From Octopus sinensis (taxonomy: Eukaryota): a DNA stretch of 64,000 bases. Each line of letters opens with the position of its first letter. Position 1 is the first letter of the stretch. This document shows positions 35,657 through 48,942 of the stretch, one piece after another. The stretch covers positions 41,354,001-41,418,000 of the forward strand of contig NC_043015.1 of the NCBI RefSeq assembly GCF_006345805.1, read 5' to 3'. Made by a program: the position numbers and the translations under genes. The notes under the pieces were generated by a model. The model saw nothing but the letters and a program-made list of their open reading frames with translations. It made no database searches and had not been told where the DNA came from.

Positions 35657-37664
35657 ATGCATGTGTATGTGTGTGTGTATGTATATATATATACATATAT
35701 ATATATGGGATGCAGCCCTTGGCACTGAAGTCAAAGCAAGCAATATTTAAAATGAAAGACTTGTAATTAAAGTACAGTGCATTTGGTATGTCTGCATCCA
35801 TTTTGCAGCTGCCACTCACGAACCTGTTCCCACACGCACGCACATACAGACATTTTTATTTATACATAACAGCAATTCCAGATTCAACCTCAATTATCAT
35901 AGACATTTTTCCCATCATGTAACAAAGATGGTGGTGATACTGGAATGGCAGGTGCAGAGATAAAAAAAAAAGTCTTGTCCACCATGTTGTCATAGCAACA
36001 GCTTTGAAGATAATAAACATCTCAAGTTGAAGAAGCTAATCATTAGCCCTGGGTCACTTAGACTCTGAGCTAAAGGGATTTCTTCTGTTTTGTGAGTGCC
36101 AATTGAAACTAGGAATGATGATGATATGCACCGAATAGGAGGAGGAGGAGGAGACCCCCTTCAGTCATGAATGACCATGGGATTGCACCTAGAAAGTTAC
36201 CCTCCGAGGCACAAGTCAGGGCAAGATTGTTTGTGGAAGGCCAGCAGTTGCCCAAGCATACCAGCCTCCCCTCTCCACACCACTGATGTTATCCAAGGGA
36301 AAGGCAAAGGGGCCGATACAGCTTGGCACCAGGGACATTAAAATTCATTTCTACACCTGAGTTACTGGAGCAATGTGAAATAAAGTGTCTTGCTCAAAAA
36401 CACAACACACAGCCTGGTCTGGGAATCGAACTCACAACCTCACAATCTAACCACTAAGCCATGACAGGAATACAATAGTGTTGATTGGTTGAAGTGACCC
36501 TTTATTTTCTTTCAGTTATTGTTCTACACAATATGCCATTGTGGTGTCCATTCTGTAGGTAGTTAGAGTCATCTTTTGTTGACTGCTAGAAGATAGGATG
36601 TAAAGGAGAGAGAGAGAGAGAAACATTGAGAGTGTCTAGACAAGTAGAGAGGATAAAAGCTGTATAGTTTCTCACATAAGGGGCTTCTTCCATTGGTCTG
36701 GAAAGAAAGAAGGAAGAACTGAATTTGGTTACTATATTTTGTAAAAAGCACCATCCGAACGTGGCCGATGCCAGCGCCGCCTGGACTGGCTTCTGTGCTG
36801 GTGGCACATGACCTGCTGTGCTTGAGGAGACCTACTAAGTCAAGTACATAAATATCAAATGGAAATTGTAGTTGTGATACCTGTGCCGGTGGCATGTAAA
36901 AAGCACCATCCGAACATGGCTGATACCAGCGCTGCCTTGACTGGCTTCTGTGCTGGTGGCATGTAAAAAGCACCAACTGATCATGGCCGTTTGCCAGTCT
37001 GCTACACTACACTCACAGAGTGGTTGGCTTTAGGAAGGGCATCCAGCTGTAGAAGCACTGCCAAATCAGACTAGAGCCTGGTGCAGCCTCCATGGCTTAC
37101 CAGACCCCGGTTGAACCGTCCGACCCATGCTAGCATGGAAAACAGACCTTAAACGATGATGATGATGATAGTGATGATATATGTTGGAATGCTGGATGTA
37201 GGTCAGAGAAGAATGGAAAATAACGAGTTTAAGAATGTTAATTTAAGCAATAGAACTTAACGAAGTGCGACAGTTGACTCATGCATTTCTCAGTGCAAAA
37301 GCTGAATCCAGTAGGAAAGGAACAGGTAGAAAAATGTAGATTTGGTTTCGAATCCTGGCTTGAGAACCTAGGAAGCTATTTGTTACAGCGAGTTTCCAAT
37401 TACCTATGAATTAACCCTGTCCCTGCTGGCATTTGGCATTTTGGTGGCTGAATAACGAGACAGAAATCGAAAAGGTCAAACAGAACTTATTTTTCTTTGT
37501 CCTGCAGGTGTATTGTTTGAGAAAGTGAACCATGGGAAAATGGGCCAAGATCCACAATAAATGAATTGAAAGCTTTGTAGATGGAATTTCAGACACGCTT
37601 TTCATTATGAATATATATATATATATAGAATATAAAAGAAAATGGAGAGTTTGAAAACCTGAAA

Positions 37665-37665
37665 G

Positions 37666-37701
<36 letters not shown>

Positions 37702-37744
37702 AGGATAGATAAATAGTAGATAGATAGATAGATAGATAGATACA

Positions 37745-37777
<33 letters not shown>

Positions 37778-37876
37778 GCATACATACATACATACATATA
37801 TACATACATATATACATACATACATACATACATACATATATGCATACATACATACATACATACATATATACATAAA

Positions 37877-37909
<33 letters not shown>

Positions 37910-37991
37910 GCATACATACATATATACATACATATATACATAAATACATACATACATACATACATACATACATACATACATCATACATACA

Positions 37992-38025
<34 letters not shown>

Positions 38026-38083
38026 CATACATACATACATACATATATACATAAATACATACATACATACATATATACATAAA

Positions 38084-38117
<34 letters not shown>

Positions 38118-38122
38118 CATAT

Positions 38123-38181
<59 letters not shown>

Positions 38182-38426
38182 CATAAATACATACATACAT
38201 GCATACATACATACATAAATAGTATGATAGAGAAATATGTACAGAAAAATGAATAACAAAAAAAAGGAGAAACAGATAGACAAGCAGGCACACACACACA
38301 CACATACATATATGTGTGTGCATACACACAGACACACATAATATATATATATAATATATATATATATATATTATATATATATATAAATAAACATATATAT
38401 ATATACATAAATATGCATATATATAT

Positions 38427-38467
<41 letters not shown>

Positions 38468-38474
38468 TGTATAC

Positions 38475-38505
<31 letters not shown>

Positions 38506-38508
38506 TAT

Positions 38509-38569
<61 letters not shown>

Positions 38570-38573
38570 ATAT

Positions 38574-38665
<92 letters not shown>

Positions 38666-38700
38666 AACATATATATGATATATAACACACACACACACAA
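37665..38700 (+). repeat. ~1-kb compound microsatellite (CA)n-(GATA)n-(TACA)n-(TA)n
   Basis: Seen directly; source of the 369-aa and 363-aa spurious ORFs. Confidence 0.95.
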
Positions 38701-39819
38701 CAGAGGTAGCATATAATTTTTTTCTAATCTATAATCCCAGTCTCATAAGCCAAAATGCTATGTTTACCAATGCACTGATGTATATTCATACACAGATTTG
38801 TGTTTATCTGTTTATACTTGCATGTGTATATTCATAGACATGTGCATTTATGTGCATGTGTGTGTGTGTGTGTTCGTGTATGCATGTGTGTATGCGTATG
38901 TTTACCTCTGCGTTTATTCAGTGCTGAACGCTCGACAAGGAAACACAGATGTCTTCAGTTACAGCAAAATACGTGAGCTTCCATAATAATGGATATATTT
39001 TCGTCATCCCCCTCCTCCACCTCATGCACAATAACCTGCAAATAACATTGTTACACGAAAACATTTTCACTACAGATTCATATGCAAGCACATGCATGCT
39101 TAGACTTGACCTCTGCACAATCACGCACACAGCAACAAATATAGATATGTGGGTACATTGACGTACGCTGACCTCTTCTTCATATTTTTACTTCTACTTT
39201 TCCCCTCTGGTTTTAAACTGGTTTTAAACTATTCTATGTAAATCATTGAATTTATCATCATCATCATCATCATCATCGTTTAACGTCTGCTTTCCATGCT
39301 AGCATGGGTTGGACGGTTCAACTGGGGTCTGTGAAGCCAGAAGGCTGCATCAGGCCCAGTCTGATCTGGCAGTGTTTCTACGGCTGGATGCCCTTCCTAA
39401 CGCCAACCACTCCGTGAGTGTAGTGGGTGCTATTTACATGCCACCGACACAGGTGCCAGACAAGGCTGGCAAACGGCCATGATCGGATGGTGCTTTTTAC
39501 GTGCCACTCAGGGCGGCACTGGCTATGGCCACGTTCGGATGGTTCTCTTACGTGCCACCGGCACTGGTATCACAGCTACAAATGCCATTGATGTTGATTG
39601 ATTACGATTTTGATTTTCACTTGCCTCAACAGGTCTTCACAAGTAGAGTTTGTGTCCCAAGAAGGAAAGGAATACATAAGTGGGCTGGCTACATCCCAGG
39701 TAGAGGCCACAGGATTATGGCCTCACTTGTCCTGCCGGGTCTTCTCACGCACAGCATAATTCCAAAGGTCCCAGACTCTAGTCATTTCCTCGGTGAGACC
39801 TTTAATAGATGATTGTCCA

Positions 39820-40160
39820 ACAATAGTTTAGAGAAGTTCGGTGAAGGCAATGTTGCTGTTCTTGATGTCAGCAAAGCCCTTGTCTCAATGTCTGGCTTGC
39901 GAATATGTCATCATAATTTCCTGTCTGCAGGTTCCAGCCATCTTTCGTCTCTTGGATGCTGAGCTCCCTATTGGATTGTGTCATCATGACATATGACGAC
40001 GGAACTCTTTCTGACCAACTCTCACTCAACTCTGGTATTTACCAGGTAGGGTGGGTGGGGGTGGTTTATCCCCCTAATCTCATTATTCTATACCATTGAT
40101 GACCTACTTGCTGCCACATTCAACAGGGCCCACTCTTGTGCAGATGATATGACCCTTGAT
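39820..40160 (+). pseudogene. Decayed non-LTR reverse transcriptase fragment
   Basis: VLDVSKA, NSGIYQ and SCADD correspond to the RT motifs DxSKAFD, SGVPQG and YADD, with frameshifts. Confidence 0.6.
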
Positions 40161-41287
40161 TTCCTCCCTAACCTTCTGCAACCATCATCCACACTCAACC
40201 TAAATGCATCATTATCATCATCATTGTTATTGTCGTCGTCATCATCATCATCATCATCATCATCATTGTCATCGTCATTGTCGTCGTCGTCGTCATCATC
40301 ATCATCATCATCATCATCATCACCACCACCATCACCATCATCACCATCACCATCATCATCATCATCACCACCATCATCATCATCATCATCCTCATCATCC
40401 TCATCATCATCATCATCGTCATCGTTGTCATCATTATCATTGTCATTGTCGTCATTACCGTCATCATTTAATGTGCATTTTCCATGCTGTTATGGGTTGG
40501 ACAGTTTGACATGAGCTGGCAAGCCATTAACAGGAAAGATCTTTTACATGGCCACTTAGCTTGCTAAACACAGCAGCCAAGATTCCCTCGAATTATATCC
40601 TATTATCTTCGGAAAGAGACATTGTAGATGGCATTGTCCAAAGTAGACCAAGACTCAAAGGACATCGGGAGAATCACAAGTGGAAGGTCGTTGATAATAG
40701 TTCTCCACACGGTGGATTGAATTGGTAATTTGGGGATAAACAACATCAAAATCAAATCTAATTAGGATGGTTTTGAATCCTGGAGATAAAAACAAAACGT
40801 GTATGGCACTAAATAGCAATTTCTATATCTTACTTAACGTGAATATATAGAAGAAAGTCACAAAACTGCGGCATTTGTTTCGAGAAAGTATCTCGTATAG
40901 ACCCAGAGCTCTAAAAAGCATAGAAGTGCATCAGTAGCTGACGGAAAGTATTTTGCACGTCATCAGTAGGGGCCAGGTTTGTCTAAGCATGCAGCTGATA
41001 CCTGAAACTTGTTACTGATAATGGGCAAATATACAGAAATCACGGTTTAGCAATTCTACCTACGCTACCGGGCACTTTTTGTCCACAACTGGTAGATTTC
41101 TTTGCTTTTTAACATTATACGTCCATACAAGAAACTTTCTCAAGACGAATACGGCAGTTTTGTTGCTTTCTAAAAGTAAATCTACGTTAAGTAAGATATG
41201 CAGACTGCTATTGTGAACCAATTCTATTTCTACCGCTTATAACGAAAGTATATATTACTGACATAATTCCGTGCTGCATCTGCAGAA

Positions 41288-41341
41288 TTTTGTCAGTGAA
41301 GAGGTCACGGTCTCAAAGCGACGAAAATATTTTGACAAATT
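41288..41341 (+). ncRNA. Degenerate minimal hammerhead-like motif (Penelope-type)
   Basis: tttgtca gTGAAGA g gtcac ggtctcaaa gcgac GAAA atat tt tgacaaa; C3 is replaced by G. Confidence 0.35.
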
Positions 41342-42314
41342 AAATTTAAATGTTGAAGTGAATCTAACGGCTTTTGTGTGTTTCTTAAATGGCTTATAAA
41401 CACCTTCTATGCTGCAATTGTTTTCGTTCCAGCACACGATCTCAGATCAGGTCACTTGCTATGCAAGTACATCATTGACAGAGTGGCTAACCAGCTTCCG
41501 TGCCAGTGACACATAAAAGGGCACCATTCGAGTATGATCGTTACCAGCGTCGCCTTACTGGCACTTGTGCCTGTGCTAGTAGGGTGCCAAGAGCACAATC
41601 CAAGCGTGATCGTTGCCAGAGCAACCAAATGGCTTCCGTACACGTGGCACGTAAAAGGGCACCATTCGAGCATAATCGTTACCAGCGTCGCCTTACTGGC
41701 ACCTGTGCTGGTGGCATGTGTAAAAAGATTCGAGCGAGATCGTTGCCAGTACCGCCTGACTAGCCCCCATGCCGCTGGCATGTAAAAAGCACCCACTACA
41801 CTCACGGAGTGGTTGGCGCTAGGAAGGGCATCCAGCTGTAGAAACCCTGCAAGATCAAGATTGGAGCCTGGTGCAGCCATCTGGTTCGCCAGTCCTCAGT
41901 CAAATCGTCCAACCCATGCTAGCATGGAAAGCGGACGTTAAACGATGATGATGATGATGATGATCGGCAGAAACGTTAGCACGTCGGGCGAAATGCTTAG
42001 CGGTATTTCGTCTGCCGCTACGTTCTGAGTTCAAATTCCGCCGAGATCGACTTTGCCTTTCATCCTTTCGGGGTCGATAAATAAGTACCAGTTACGCACT
42101 GGGGTCGATATAATCGACTTAATCCCTTTGTCTGTCCTTGTTTGTCCCCTCTGTGTTTAGCCCTTTGTGGGTAGTAAAGAAATATATATATTACGGCCTT
42201 CTAAAAATTACGTCGGCAGGACTTTAAAAGAAAGGTTTACTATAATTCCCTCTACACCGGCAATAGCAGTTGTGTCCCCTTATTGCAACAGCTGATGGTT
42301 GGTTTCTAAGGAAG

Positions 42315-42383
42315 ATGAACGTCTCAAAAGCGAAATATGTTATAATCGGAGGAGGCATTGCTGGTGTGACCTGTGCTGAGACG
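42315..42383 (+). CDS. PYROXD1: Pyridine nucleotide-disulphide oxidoreductase domain protein 1, exon 1
   Basis: MNVSKAKYVIIGGGIAGVTCAET contains the FAD-binding GxGxxG motif; ACG|gtaac donor. Confidence 0.92.
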
Positions 42384-42569
42384 GTAACACTAATATACAA
42401 TTCTATGTGTGATCATTTGAAGCTTCGTAAAGTTAGAAATAAAACAAAGTTTAAGTACTTGTATTAAATACTTATAATTAGTGTAACTTCCTTTATTAGT
42501 ATCAGACAATTCGATTTAATTTAATATCTTAGTAATTGAAATATTGGTAATAGTGTATATTTTATGGTA

Positions 42570-42893
42570 AAGGTCAGTGTCCGCTGGAACGACATTCCAT
42601 ATCAGTTTAACTGTCAACGAGTCGGCGAGGAAGTGGTCGCGCTACCTGCTAGAAATACCAGCTAAATCTATCTCTAATAACACCTCGCCGTCTTACACAC
42701 ACGCACACACACACATACACACAAAGACGGTAAAGGAATAAGGTCAGTGTCCGCTGGAACGACATTCCACATCAGTTTGAATGACTGTCAACTAGCCGGC
42801 GAGGAAGTGGTCGAGATACCTGCTAGAAATACCAGCCAAATCTATCTCTAATAACGCCTCGCCGTCTTACATACACACACACACACACAAAGA
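42570..42893 (+). repeat. ~170-bp direct tandem duplication in PYROXD1 intron 1
   Basis: aaggtcagtgtccgctggaacgacattcca...ctcgccgtcttaca(ca)n occurs twice. Confidence 0.9.
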
Positions 42894-43481
42894 TACATCG
42901 GACAGTGTAGTCCAGGATTTACATAAAAAAAGAAGATAATCAAATATCGACCGTCTTGGGTCTGAGATTAGCTGGACAATTGGTAATTTGGGGTTAAACA
43001 ACAGCATCCACAACTAAACACACGGCGAGCAGCTCAGACTGTTTTGATATCATGTCTATATTTGACAGAAACAATTCATGTGTCGTGAGAGTTTAAGAAA
43101 ATATGATGTTATTTTAACCGTAATGAAAGGGTCATCTCTGAATCACAAATCACTTCCTGGGGTTCCTGTTTGTGAAGCAGCTTTGGGACATCTATGAAAG
43201 AACCCACTGGGGTTGACCCCTAGTTACCATCTCTTGATCCCTTTCATACAACAATAACGACAACAATAAATTCATTCTCCTCCACCCCACTTCATCACTC
43301 ACACCTACACACACACACACACACACACCATTTGGTGACCATTTCTTATGGCCCCAAATAAAAACCCAGCCTGAAATGACAAACTTATTCTATTTTGGTA
43401 AATTCTAGTAATATCTTTCTGAGTCTTTGATCCAGAATTCACTCAAACAGCTTCATTGCTGTTATTTATCACAACTACAAT

Positions 43482-43778
43482 TTCCAACCAAAATGCAAAT
43501 ATATGGGAAACTACCACCTGTGTCATCTCCTGTGAAAGGTAGGAGAGTCCAGTTTGCTGGACATAGTTGTAGAGCTGAAAAAGAGGTAATTTCTACTCTT
43601 CTCCTCTGGAAGCCATCTGCTCGCGATACCAGAGGGCACACACTCTCCTACCCTGATGTAATCTCCAGGGATACAGGCATCCAGAAACAGGACCTCCGTA
43701 ATGCTATGGACCGTGAAGTCTGGCGTAGCATGGTAAATTCCATTGTCTCGACCACGGTCGAACAATGATGATGATGAT
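43482..43778 (+). mobile_element. RTE-clade LINE 3' end with a (TGA)n tail
   Basis: GRRVQFAGHSCRAEKE...LLWKP...MDREVWRSMVNSIVSTTVEQ*. Confidence 0.8.
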
Positions 43779-45101
43779 TGATTTTGATGTTGATATACTT
43801 GACTTAATAGGTCTCCTCAAGCACAGGATAATGACAGATACTGTTTTTAGCCCCAGGTCGGCCCTAACTTAACACATCTATGATCAAAGGACTTGGATCA
43901 TAGGCAACAACTGTCACCATCCTATCTATTTTTAGGAATGCTGTATCTTGGATTACATCATTCAATGTGTTTTATTTTCCTGTTTGAAGGCAGCAGGGTG
44001 TGATTTTTAGGTCAGACTTGACTGCTATATTTAGCAAGCTAATTAACTACACAGAAGCCCCCCTTCATTAGCTTGTATTTAGTCTGTTATTTTTGGGTTC
44101 CAAATTTGTGTTCTAATTCCTCACCTAGATTGTTTTTAAAGCATTACTTTTATTCTAACCCACAGCAAGCATTGAAAGTGTTTTGTACAGTCTAAACCAA
44201 CCTTCAACTGCAAATTAAGACAATTATATTTAATTATACAGTATATAATTATTACCATCCTGGTACACAAAGTGTGCCAGCAAGCGCTGTCCTGGTCATA
44301 GACATAACAGAGTACCATTGACTGGATACATACAAGACTAATTGATTTTGCAGTTGGCAGGTGACCATCCTCCTGAACAAACCATCTTTGACTCAGAAAT
44401 GTCAGAGATGGATGACCTCAACCAGGAGAATAAAGAATTATGGACAGTTCTTTATTTTCTTAATTTTTCTTTAACATTTGTTTCTGTCATTGGATTGGGG
44501 CACAGCCTTGTAGGGGGTTTGTCAAAGAAATTGATCCCGGCCCTTGTTTTCAAGTTTGGTACTTATTCTAGTGGTCTGTTTTGCCAAACTGCTAAGTTAC
44601 ACGGATGTAAACAAACCAACATTGGTTGTCAAGCAATGGTGGCAACAAACCTACACGCACATACGTACATAAATACATATACATACACACATACATACAT
44701 ATATATATACATACATACATACACACTTACGTACATACATACATACACACATACATACATACTACATACATACATACATACACACACTCATACATGCATC
44801 CATGCAAGAATGCATACATATACATGCACCTTTGATAAGTCCTAGTGCACCTGAGCACTGTATGCAATAATTAAGGTGGCAAGCTGGCAGAATTGTTAGC
44901 ATGCCGGGTGAGATTCTTAGCAGTATTTCATCTGTCTTTATGTTCTGAGTTCAAATTCTGCCATGGTCAACTTTGCTTTCATCCTTTCAGGCTCGATAAA
45001 TTAAGTACCAATTGCGTACTGGGGTTGATGTCATCGACTTAACCCTTTCCCCCAAATTCGAGGCCTTGTGCTTCCAGTAGAAAGAATTATACACAATAAT
45101 T

Positions 45102-45136
<35 letters not shown>

Positions 45137-46186
45137 CATTCATACGTACATACACACATACACACACACTCATACATACATACATACATATGTATGATGA
45201 GCTTCCATTAGTTTCCATCTACTACATTTACGTCCCAAGTTCGATCTCATTGTGTGGCATCTTGCACAAAACTTGAACAAACATCATTTTCTTACAGCCT
45301 TTTGAGTGAATTTTGGATTAAAGGTAGCCATACAGAATCCTGTTTGGTGGATTGTATCTCTAATTCAAAATGTACAACCCAGTCGTACTGTCTTGCTGAT
45401 TCTGGCTGAGATGACCCGACAAATGAAGTGAGTTCATGGCTCGCAGGACGGCCTGCTGTGCTTACCTTGGATCGTAGGGCAACCTGCTGTGCTTGAGGAG
45501 ACCTATTGAGTCAAGTACATCAACGTCAAAATAAAAATCAAATGGAAATTGCAGTTGTGATACCCGTGCCGGTGGCATGTAAAAAGCACCATCTGAACGT
45601 GGCCATTGTCAGCATCCCCTAGCACCTGTGCAGGTGGCACAAAAAAACACCCACTACACTCACGGAGTGGTTGGCGTTAGGAAGGGCATCCAGCTGTAGA
45701 AACTCTGCCAGATCAGACTGGAGCCTGGTGCAGCCTCCTGGCTTCCCAGACCCCGGTCGAACCGTCCAACCCATGCTAGCATGGAAAGCGGATGTTAAAC
45801 GATGATGATGATGTGTCTGTGGAATACTCAGTCACCAAGAATTAATTCAAAACCATGTGAATCAATAAGCATTACTTTTGACAATAATTTGAATGCTAAA
45901 GGGTCAAAGCAAGAAGTTTGCCTCATAGACTCATAGAATGAAACACACCCTCAGACAGATTGCTACCAAAAAGGTTCAATAAGATGCCCTTCATTTTTCA
46001 ATGATTGTAAAGTATGATTTTGAGATGTGTCTGCTATTTCTAGCAGGTTGGGTGATAGTACAGACTCTTCCTTGTCAAACAATTTGAGCGGTTGTTTCTT
46101 GTGAAATTAAGCTGAAATTTTTTTGTTCCCACAAAGAACACGTACACATCCAACTCTAAACAGTTTATGGAATTTTTTACTTCCAG

Positions 46187-46267
46187 CTTTCGTGGTTATG
46201 TCCAGAAGAAACCATTATTCTTTTGTCTGCATCGAGTCTAGTGAAAGCTGTTACAAATTTCAATCAG
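46187..46267 (+). CDS. PYROXD1: PYROXD1 exon 2
   Basis: ttccag|LSWLCPEETIILLSASSLVKAVTNFNQ|gtaagt; 81 nt; KAVTNF motif. Confidence 0.92.
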
Positions 46268-47725
46268 GTAAGTCAATACTATTTTTCGTCATCATGACAG
46301 CAAATATATTTTATATTTGATTTATTCTTCTAAAATGTTGCTAAATGTTTCGTGTTTTTATTGTCATTCCTAACTGAGTCCGACAAAATGTTGGTTTCAC
46401 TACTTTAAAAAGAGTTAATTCTTTCGTATCTTGTTGATATGAAGCAGTGCTCAAAACCAAGATAGATAACTCTTGTCAGTACCGTCCTCATAACTTCGAA
46501 CAGGTACCATTCGTTAAGAAGATGGGTTTCAAAATTAACAGGTTCCAGCCCCACCACCACAACAAACACTTTCAAAAAATACCAGTAACTTTTTTTTAGC
46601 TCCTTCCTCTTTATTTTAATGAAATAACCAAACAGTTTTGGCCTTCTATAATTCTCTTTTTTTCTGCTTCTGTGTTGGACAACTTTAAAAAGTTGGAAGT
46701 CCAGCTTGGTGGCATTTCTTCCAACTCTTTACATTCTGAGTTCAAATGCTGCCAATGCCAACTTTGTCTTTCATTCTTTGGAGGGGTCGATTAAATAAAA
46801 TACCAGTTAGGTAATGGGGTTGATGTAACCAACTTGTTCCCTCCCCTCCTAATAGTTGGCCTTGTGCCAAAATTAGTAAGAATTATTATTATTATTATTA
46901 TTATTATTGAGTGAGAGAGCAGTGCATGCCATCAAAGTGGCACTGGGGTAAAATATACAAAGCCCAGTATACCCATCATGACTACCCGTCTGATAAGGGT
47001 ACACTTGGTACATGCATCACAACCATGTGTGCGTGACATGGTGATCTCATATCAAGATAAACAGTGCATGACTTTGCAGGTGGGGCCCAGTTAGAATTTT
47101 CTTCTGGTTGAGTAACCCATCCCGCTCAAAAGGTCCCTGAATTATTATCATTATTATTATTATTAGTAGTAGTAGTAGTATTGGTATTATTAAGAATGGT
47201 ATGTTGGCAGAATCATTAGCATCACTGGAATAAAGGCTCTGCAGAATTTACTCTTGCATTTTTCGTTCTGGGTTCAAATCCCACTAGGGTCAACTTTACC
47301 TTTCATCCTTTTGGGAGCAGAGCAATAAAATATAGTACCAGTCAAATACTGGGGTCAATGCTAATGACTAACCCCTCCCCCATCAAAAATTCCCAGCTTT
47401 CTGCCTAAATCAGAAATGTAGTAATTGCTGTTGTTGTTATTATTATTATTTGACATTTGATAGTTTCAGACAAATTTCTACAGCATCATCTGCTACACAT
47501 CTGTGCACTGTGTGTTCTTGTTCTTTGGGGTTTTTTTTGCTTTTTTTTGTTGTTGTTGTTGGGGGAGTACAAACTCTTCTCATTGTTGTATTGCATTAGT
47601 TTGTTTTGTCATGAGGTTTGGCTTGTCTGCGAGTGAAAGAATTGAAAAGGGTGGCCAAAGTTGTCAGGAGTAGCATTGGTGAATTTCAGGAAACATGGAT
47701 TTTTTGAAGAATTTAGTGTTCTGAT

Positions 47726-47895
47726 CTCTAGCGTAGCTAGTGGGGAGGGGTAGTAGAGGTGGTCCGCTCCAGGCGGCACTTTTAAAGGGGGTGGCGCTTT
47801 TAGGTCTGCTGTAGGCAATATGTGCTTTTTGCGGGACCCAGGGGCGGTAAATGGAAGGGCCACCCCAGGCAGCACACACTCTAGCTACACTAATG
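47726..47895. mobile_element. hAT-like MITE with an 8-bp TSD
   Basis: gttctgat|...tagcgtagctag ... ctagctacacta...|gttctgac. Confidence 0.65.
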
Positions 47896-48011
47896 GTTCT
47901 GACAGATACCAAATAATGTAGACAGCTTATTCCATGTTTTGACAAGAGTGAGTGTGAAAATAAAAAAAATGTTTCCAGAAGTTACTAATACCATTTTGTT
48001 TATCATTTCAG

Positions 48012-48131
48012 ATTACAAAGACTCTAGAAGTCTTTGATGTAGAAGAAAAGTCTTTTGCTGAAATTGAAACGGTCAATAAGAACATTGTGATATTACATAA
48101 AGAAGTCGTATCTTTGGATTCAGTGGAACAG
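48012..48131 (+). CDS. PYROXD1: PYROXD1 exon 3
   Basis: tttcag|ITKTLEVFDVEEKSFAEIETVNKNIVILHKEVVSLDSVEQ|gtacgg; 120 nt. Confidence 0.92.
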
Positions 48132-48142
48132 GTACGGTTTTA

Positions 48143-48569
48143 CATTGAAACTCCGACGTCTGGCAGCTGACTTGGCAGACACCCATAAAATTATTAACCA
48201 TCTTACTAACAATAACTCTGAGCACCTTTACAAACTCCACCTGTCTAACTCCACCCGTGGACATGTTTACAAAGTCAGAAAACAGCACAGCTCCCATGAC
48301 TTTCGCAAACATGTTTTTCACGCTAAGAGTTGCTGAAGCATGGAACAAACTGCCAGCATCAGTTGTTAGTTGTCGGAGCACTGCATCCTTCAAAACTTCC
48401 ATGCTTCCTGAGATTCGCCAACACTACACTTGATTTTCTCCCCTCCATACACACGCAAGCATGTACCTGACTCATACACTGTTCACTTCCCAGACATTTG
48501 TACATTACTGCATATGCTTTATACACAATTTTGACAAGTTGTGGTGCACCTGAGCACTGCATACAATAA

Positions 48570-48603
<34 letters not shown>
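48143..48603 (+). mobile_element. CR1-clade LINE 3' end with an (ATT)n tail; shorter near-identical copy at ~59675-59960
   Basis: LRRLAADLADTHKII...TRGHVYKVRK...RKH/FFTLRVAEAWNKLPASVV...SFK is typical of the CR1 ORF2 C-terminus. Confidence 0.85.
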
Positions 48604-48607
<4 letters not shown>

Positions 48608-48906
48608 TACAACAACCAGCTTAACATGTTATAAATGTAGTTTTTAAAATATATTTTCATATTTCCCCATGATCCTGGTAATTAAACAATGCTTTTCATG
48701 TAGCAACTGAGAACAGGATCAGTCCTAGGTTTGTTGGTGCCCCAAGTGAGCTAAATTTTGGTGTCTTTACAAAGAACCAAAAATCAGCCTACTTGAGGTG
48801 CCAGTGATACTGGGGTTGAGGGTACTAACTAACACCTTCCTCCAAATTTCAGGCTCTGTGCTTACATTAGAAACAATTATTATTGTTGTTGTTGTTATTA
48901 TTATTA

Positions 48907-48942
<36 letters not shown>

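Noticed and set aside
42270-42314. Upstream TTG/ATG extension of the PYROXD1 N-terminus shown in the ORF track
   Set aside because: The in-frame start at 42270 is TTG. ATG 42315 has a good context (aagATGa) and sits just before the GxGxxG motif.
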